From assembly GCA_012295275.1 (NCBI GenBank), contig CM022668.1, forward strand, positions 8,556,001 to 8,620,000: 64,000 nt of DNA. The letters are read 5' to 3'. The notes below the pieces were generated by a model. That model did not search any database, was not told where the DNA came from, and was given only the letters and a program-made list of their open reading frames with translations. Origin of the DNA: Chrysomallon squamiferum (taxonomy: Eukaryota > Animalia > Mollusca). Both the position numbers and the translations under genes were made by a program. Within the stretch, counting starts at the first letter, position 1; each line of letters starts with the position of its first letter. Below, one piece after another: positions 58,159-64,000 of this stretch.

Positions 58159-58229
58159 CCTTCATGCCATCCGTCGAGAGTTCGGCGGACACAGTGCGAC
58201 ACAAACTCGATCTCGAGTATCTCTGTTAG
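58159..58229 (+). CDS. Candidate terminal exon of the 53016 secreted-protein gene
   Basis: Acceptor CTTTCCAG, GC-richer than flanks; a phase-1 join gives PFMPSVESSADTVRHKLDLEYLC*. Other candidate exons exist (54904, 57608). Confidence 0.45.
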
Positions 58230-59479
58230 AAAACGTTAATGATGGGAATGCAGACAATGCAAATGGTAGAACGATTTGCATTTATTTTTCTTCATTGAAT
58301 TTTTAAATATGCTGTTCATCTTATCCAAATATCAAAATAAAGAAGCTATAATAACTTTGAATACATTTTATTATTTTCTAAGACAACTAGTCAAGTAATA
58401 GGTTCTTTTGCGATAAGTTCTGGTATTTGGTGGATGTAGTAATTCATACTCTCCGAAATTTCGTTATACCACCCAACACGTTTTAGCGCCAGAAATCAGT
58501 TGACTGTAACTCTTTATTTAATTCGACCGTCACCAAAACTTTTGAATTTAAATATAGACAAACGGTTTCGCAGAGGCACATTTTAATGTTGCTTCTTCAG
58601 TCAGGTTAAAAACAAGAATCTAGTATACTAACCTCACAGGTGCGCTAATAAAGCAGGTAGTTAGAGCTACACAGTGTTAGACAAAACACGATAGGATTTT
58701 CACTGAGATGAGGCCAGAATAGGATTAGTAGAAAGCTTAAAAAACGTTTGTGCTTAGCTTTTACCAGTTAAAAGAAACCACTATGAATTTCAATTTAGTT
58801 ATTATATTTCATTCACATTTTGAACTTGACCAATACGGTCACATATGTTTCTTATAACTTACTGGTTTCATCACTGGTTTCATCACTGGTTTCTATATCA
58901 GGTCTAATTCGAGCCATGTTTTTATACATAAACAATCTGTTATTTGTGTCAGGATGATGAAAAGACTGATACTGAACACAGTTTTAATAGGTATCTTTGG
59001 TGTTACGAAGAAATAGTCAGGATGTACTGTGAATACAAAGCTATATTTTATTTGTTTAGTTGGAAATTAGAAGAAACTGAAACTAACAAAGATATTCAGA
59101 TGAACATAATTTTATTTAGAAACAGTATGTTGAACAAAGCAAAAGTCCTTCATTTTGAGTGAGACTGTTGAACACTCTGTACAGATCATACTGAAATGAA
59201 TATATATATAAATATAATATATTTTCATATTTCTGAGATACCAAATTAGACTTGACAAAAAACCTTATATGAATTAAAATATTTATTTTTTAATATCGCA
59301 CTGAAACATTAAATATATATAATTATAATAAAGAAATTTTAAAATTACACTGCTGTATTTTAAACTATTTAAAAACATTTGCGACGTAATATACTTCGAT
59401 AAAAGTGGCAAACCTTTATATCTAGCATGTACTAGACAGAGTACAATGAGATACGACTGAACAAGTTATTTTTCTATTA

Positions 59480-60434
59480 CTAACTTGAACAGCACACGTT
59501 GTGGTTATAACAGGTGTACCGATCACTAACAATTCCACCGTCAGACAGACATTGCTTCTCCGTTCTCTTGCAGTCTGATGTAACTGGGTTATCTTCACAG
59601 GCTGAAAGAATAATCAAGTTATCAGTATTAGACACGAAATAGTTCTCTCTGAGTTCACATCCAAGTACTACACCTAAATGTGTCTGACAAAATATAATAA
59701 TAATAATAATGATGATGATGATGATGATAAAAAAGTTTTAAAATAATAATAAAAGAAAGAAACTAAGGAAGAGATATGAACAAAAAAATGAGAGAGAAAA
59801 CGTATGAGAAAGGAAAAAGGAAAAGACGAAAAAAAAAGAAAGAAAGAAAGAAAGAAAGAAATACAAAAACAAAAAAGAAAGAAAACAAAGAAGAGATAAG
59901 GAAAAAATGTGATGAAGCAAAAGCTACTATGTAACTCCAATATCAAATCGTGTGTTAAGATTCATCTTGGGTAAACTGAATTATGTAATTATTTAAATTC
60001 CTTACATCAAAAGCATTCGTAAGATACCATTTCCATTACAACTGAATAGCCTAACATTATATATATATATATATAATTTTTTTTCCAGTGCCTTCTCACA
60101 TTCAAAATGGCAACAAAATCGGTTACAGATGTTACAAAACAATAATTGCGTTGAATTTTCGTTGTTACTATTATACTACTGCATAGAGCAGTAGTAATAA
60201 TATAGCAGTAGTAATAATAGTTACAACGAAAATTCAGCGCAACTATTGTTATTTCTTCATCTTGTTCTTGTTGTTCTTCCTACTTCTACAACATCAACAA
60301 CAACAACAACTACTAATGCTATTATTAAGAGACTTACGAAGTTCTTCTGTAACTAAAAAAAGATAAATAAATAAAAATAATAATAATATGAAACAAACAT
60401 ATATGAACATACACTTAAATACATATACACATTA

Positions 60435-60494
<60 letters not shown>

Positions 60495-61202
60495 CACACA
60501 CGTATGTGTATATATGTATCTATATAAACATACAGTAAGTAAATAAAACAACAGAACATACTATTAAAGGTTTAATAATGCCATTACTATTACTACTGTT
60601 ACTAAAACTACAGTTACTAGAAATGTTATCATTATTACCATAGTACCCAACATTACTTCTTTCAGTGAGAGCATTATCGATTCTTTGTCACGATATTTTC
60701 CTAAGAATCAAACTTATTTTGTACGTATGTTTAGAGAAGAATGAGTACCTCTTGATATACCATCGCTACCACTACTAATACCACTTACTATTATCACCAG
60801 CACCCCACCATCATCACCACTGCTACTGTTACTACTACTACTGCTATTAACACAGCTTTATCTACAAATATTACTACAACAAGCACTATTATTACTACTT
60901 CTTCTACTACCTGCTATTACCATTACAATCAGTATAACCATTATTATTACAGCTGTATCAAAAACAATTAATACGAGATTTTACTATTAGTTTAACTAAG
61001 AAGTCCACCAGTACTACGACATCTACTACATCTACTACATTACAGAATTTCTTTAATATAGTACCAAATCAGATACGTTCTCATAACAAAAAACATTTGT
61101 CAGAACTAGTTTACCGACGATGTTGCGTCTGTTATCGGCTGGTGCACCAAGTACAACCATACACACAGCTGCGACAACGGCAATGACGATACACGACTTC
61201 AT
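59480..61202 (-). CDS. Secreted six-cysteine beta-defensin-like / toxin-like peptide precursor, 72 aa, 3 exons
   Basis: Exon 61202-61115 (ACAACATG; MKSCIVIAVVAAVCMVVLGAPADNRRNIV, G|GTAAAC), 9-nt microexon 60346-60338 (TTACAG|AAGAACTTC|GTAAGT), exon 59601-59480 (TTTCAG|). Product: MKSCIVIAVVAAVCMVVLG-APADNRR-NIVEELPCEDNPVTSDCKRTEKQCLSDGGIVSDRYTCYNHNVCCSS*. Confidence 0.85.
60138..60250. repeat. About 45-bp-stem inverted repeat in intron 2 of the defensin-like gene
   Basis: AACAATAATTGCGTTGAATTTTCGTTGTTACTATTATACTACTGC pairs with GCAGTAGTAATAATAGTTACAACGAAAATTCAGCGCAACTATTGTT. Confidence 0.9.
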
Positions 61203-61214
61203 GTTGTTTGTGTT

Positions 61215-61250
61215 CGTACTGAGATGTGCTGAAGAACTACGTTATAAGAC
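61215..61250 (-). promoter_or_regulatory. TATA-like box and initiator of the defensin-like gene
   Basis: Minus-strand CTTATAAC (about 61248-61241), then TCAGT (61222-61218) about 20 nt downstream and 16 nt before the ATG. Confidence 0.5.
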
Positions 61251-62539
61251 GCAAGTCTCTCAGACTGGTTTGTTTATCACTGCAAGAGACAATGCCACGT
61301 ATATAACAAGGATTAAATAAATAAATAAATAAATGAGTAATAATAATTTAAAACGTATACGAATAAATATGTATGTAAACTAAACTATCTGTTTTTAACT
61401 TGGTTAAATGAGAGACATCTGTTACAGAAATATATAAAGAAAAAAGTAAAACAAAATGGGAAAAAGAAGAACTATTGATAGCTAATAATAATAATGATGA
61501 TGATGATAATATGAACTAGAAAAGTGATGATAAAGGTAGTTGTACATGTAGCATAAGAACAACAGTTTGCTTAATATATTAATTAATAATACTCTGGCCT
61601 CGCCGATTTGACCGAGCAAGTCTTCAAATGTAAAACGGGATGAAGTGAGCTACAAACACTGGGATTTTAGCAGCAGCATCAACCTTGCGTTCTCCAATTG
61701 TTTGTTATCTACACCCAGTTGTTCAAATACATACATGCATACATACATCAATACATACATACACACATACATGCATACATATACATTCATACATACATAC
61801 ATACATACAGGTATACATGCATACATACATATATACATATATACAAACACATAATTATACATACATATCATTCAGCCACATATTGTAGTTCATAACAAAA
61901 CCAAGAAAAACCTTTCAGTAGAATTAATAAGGTTCTGGCATTAGGATACAGTACACTTTAAAGATATATGGGGAGTGTTTTGGGGCTGCTACACCAGGCC
62001 TCATTACGACCATGTTTTTATAAATATGCGTTGTATTTATTATGTGTCAGGATTTAAAAACAAAACAAAACAAAACAAAAACCTGCTTAGCATGCATGTT
62101 TGGTGACATGAAAAAAAATCGTATAAAATAGTATAAATATATTGGCATATTTCGAACTACAGTTTTATTTATTTATTTATTTGTTTATTTATGAATATTC
62201 TTTTAGCTAATGAGTTAAAAACAAAAACAATAATAACATATACAAAGAAGCACTCCAACTTATACATAAAATTAACAAATTCACACAAGCACGTACGCAC
62301 GCGCGCACACACACAAACACATGCTTACATATCTATTTCAAAAAAAAAAAAAAAGACTATTATTACTTTTACTTCTACTACCACTCTGATATTACTACTA
62401 CTATCACGTATTTTTAGTATTAGCGTAACTATTACTACAACCATTTCTCCTAATCTTTAAAGAAAAAAAACAAAAACACAACAAAACTATAACAAAAATG
62501 TTGAAATACGTGAATACATGAAAAGTTTTAGGAAAACTC

Positions 62540-63715
62540 AAATTAACAAAGATATTCAGATAAAACAAATTTTATTTAGTAACAGAATGTTGAACACAGC
62601 AAAAGTTCGATTTTGAGTGAGACTGTTCCACACCGTACAGATCATACTGAAATAAATTATGTGTAAATAAATTAAACCATCCATCCATTATCTATATGTT
62701 TGTCTACCTACTTACCTACCTACCTATCGATCCATTCATCTATCGCTCTGTCTGTCTGAGTATCTGTCTGTCTATCCGTCTGTCTGTCTGTATATCTATC
62801 TATCTATCTCTATTTATCTATGTGTCTATCTAGAAAGTAATCATTATAAAAGCAAAAATAAAGAAATAAAATTAAAAATTAAAATTAAAAATTAAAATTA
62901 AAATTAAAATTAAATAAAGGAAAAAATAGGAAAAGAAATCAAAGAAAATGGTAAAAATAAATCATAACAAAAAGAATACATTATTATATTATATATAATA
63001 TTATCAGTATAGGAAAAGATAACTCTTTGTTTAGATTTCGGATTTGAAGGGTGCCGATTTGTACAGAATATCTTATATTAGACATACTTTATTATATTAG
63101 TAAAAAAAAAAATTATATCACTGAAACATTAAACTATTTAAAAACATTTGCTACTTACTGTGAACAATCGTTTACACTAAGAAATCTATTCTACGATGAG
63201 GTACTTCTGAGTAAAGACAAGTGTATGTTCGACTATTGTACTATTATTACTTGCCCCAACAGCACGTTTTGTCATTAACACAGATGTAGTCGTGCTGAAC
63301 GACTCCGCCGCTGACGTTGAGACAGCGTTCTCTGGCAGTTCGACGCTACCGGGTTATTTCAGCAGTCTGGAAAAAAATAATAATAAAAAAAATAAACGAA
63401 GAAAAGGAACACTATTAGTCACAATACACTTGTCTGAGTACACATTCAAGTACTACTAGAAGTAATCTATGAATGGATTGAGAAAGAAAAGAAAAGAAAG
63501 AAAACGAAGAAGAGATAAAGGAAATGAAAAAAAAAAAATAATAATAATACAATAAAGTAAAATAAAATAAAATTCAGGGAAAAAACCCAGCAACAAACAA
63601 ACAAACAACAAAATGTTGGAAAAGGAAAAAGATAAAGAAGGAAAAGCTACCATAAACTCTGAATATCAAATAACAAGTTAAGATACATTTTAGGTAATCT
63701 GAATTACCGATAAAA
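62540..63715. repeat. Direct segmental duplicate of about 59080-59990
   Basis: Shared blocks in the same order: AACAAAGATATTCAGAT...TTTTGAGTGAGACTGTT...ACAGATCATACTGAAAT, CACTGAAACATTAAA, the Cys exon, TCTGAGT.CACAT.CAAGTACTAC, GTTAAGAT.CAT.TT.GGTAA.CTGAATTA. Confidence 0.85.
63247..63366 (-). pseudogene. Paralogous six-cysteine defensin-like terminal exon, disrupted
   Basis: TTTTTCCAG|AC TGC TGA AAT AAC CCG... reads C*NNPVASNCQRT, then an apparent 8-nt deletion shifts the frame into CLNVSGGVVQHDYICVNDKTCCWGK*. Confidence 0.8.
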
Positions 63716-64000
63716 CAAACAGTCATAAAAAACCGACAAAAAAGAGAGCATTTTTATTTAAACACTTAAAAAAATGTACAATTTTTACATCAGATTAGAA
63801 ACTGCACATTTATTTTGCCGGCTACTTCAAAATACGTTTACATCAAGTTAATAATTACATTCAACATTTCGTGTTTTAGTATGTTCTCTCAACCTAACAC
63901 TAATACATGTATTCCAAGAATATTTCATTAAACTAACTTTCAACAAATGACCAAGGAAATACTTGGTATCAACCTTAAATTAATAAATACGGCATCTTTA

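Noticed and set aside
60657-60700. Possible extra 44-nt exon in the defensin-like gene
   Set aside because: It has AG/GT ends but shifts the frame and destroys the six-Cys reading conserved in the paralog.
61120-61320. Plus-strand 66-aa ORF
   Set aside because: It is the antisense shadow of the signal-peptide exon of the minus-strand defensin-like gene.
63359-63361. In-frame TGA as selenocysteine
   Set aside because: It does not align with a Cys, the same exon also has a frameshift, and no SECIS was recognised.

Overview
AT-rich, microsatellite-dense, intron-containing animal DNA. Gene content and repeat style suggest a mollusc, probably a coleoid cephalopod (inference). No prokaryotic features, rRNA, tRNA or CRISPR were seen. 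Hand-spliced gene models from left to right: (1) an SLC22/Orct-type organic cation transporter on the minus strand (9 exons, 256-8940), faced head-to-head by an inverted, decayed copy (about 11945-17200) that carries a near-identical patch over exon 2; (2) a divergent single-coding-exon 7TM/GPCR-like gene (+, 19266-20114); (3) an N-terminally MGNGC-tagged NHL beta-propeller gene (-, 21074-23995) with a deleted hAT/Charlie element in its intron, whose right end is amplified 5x in tandem; (4) a complete 9-exon cytosolic 5'-nucleotidase III gene (NT5C3, +, 27239-43066) in a CpG-poor domain with a 560-bp foldback in intron 1; (5) a 2.2-kb satellite; (6) a cluster of small secreted-peptide genes built with 9-12 nt microexons and largely missed by the ORF track: a His-rich secreted protein (+, from 53016), an intact anionic six-cysteine beta-defensin-like precursor (-, 59480-61202), and a tandem broken paralog (-, 63247-63366). 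The peptide cluster is the best candidate for an undescribed system.
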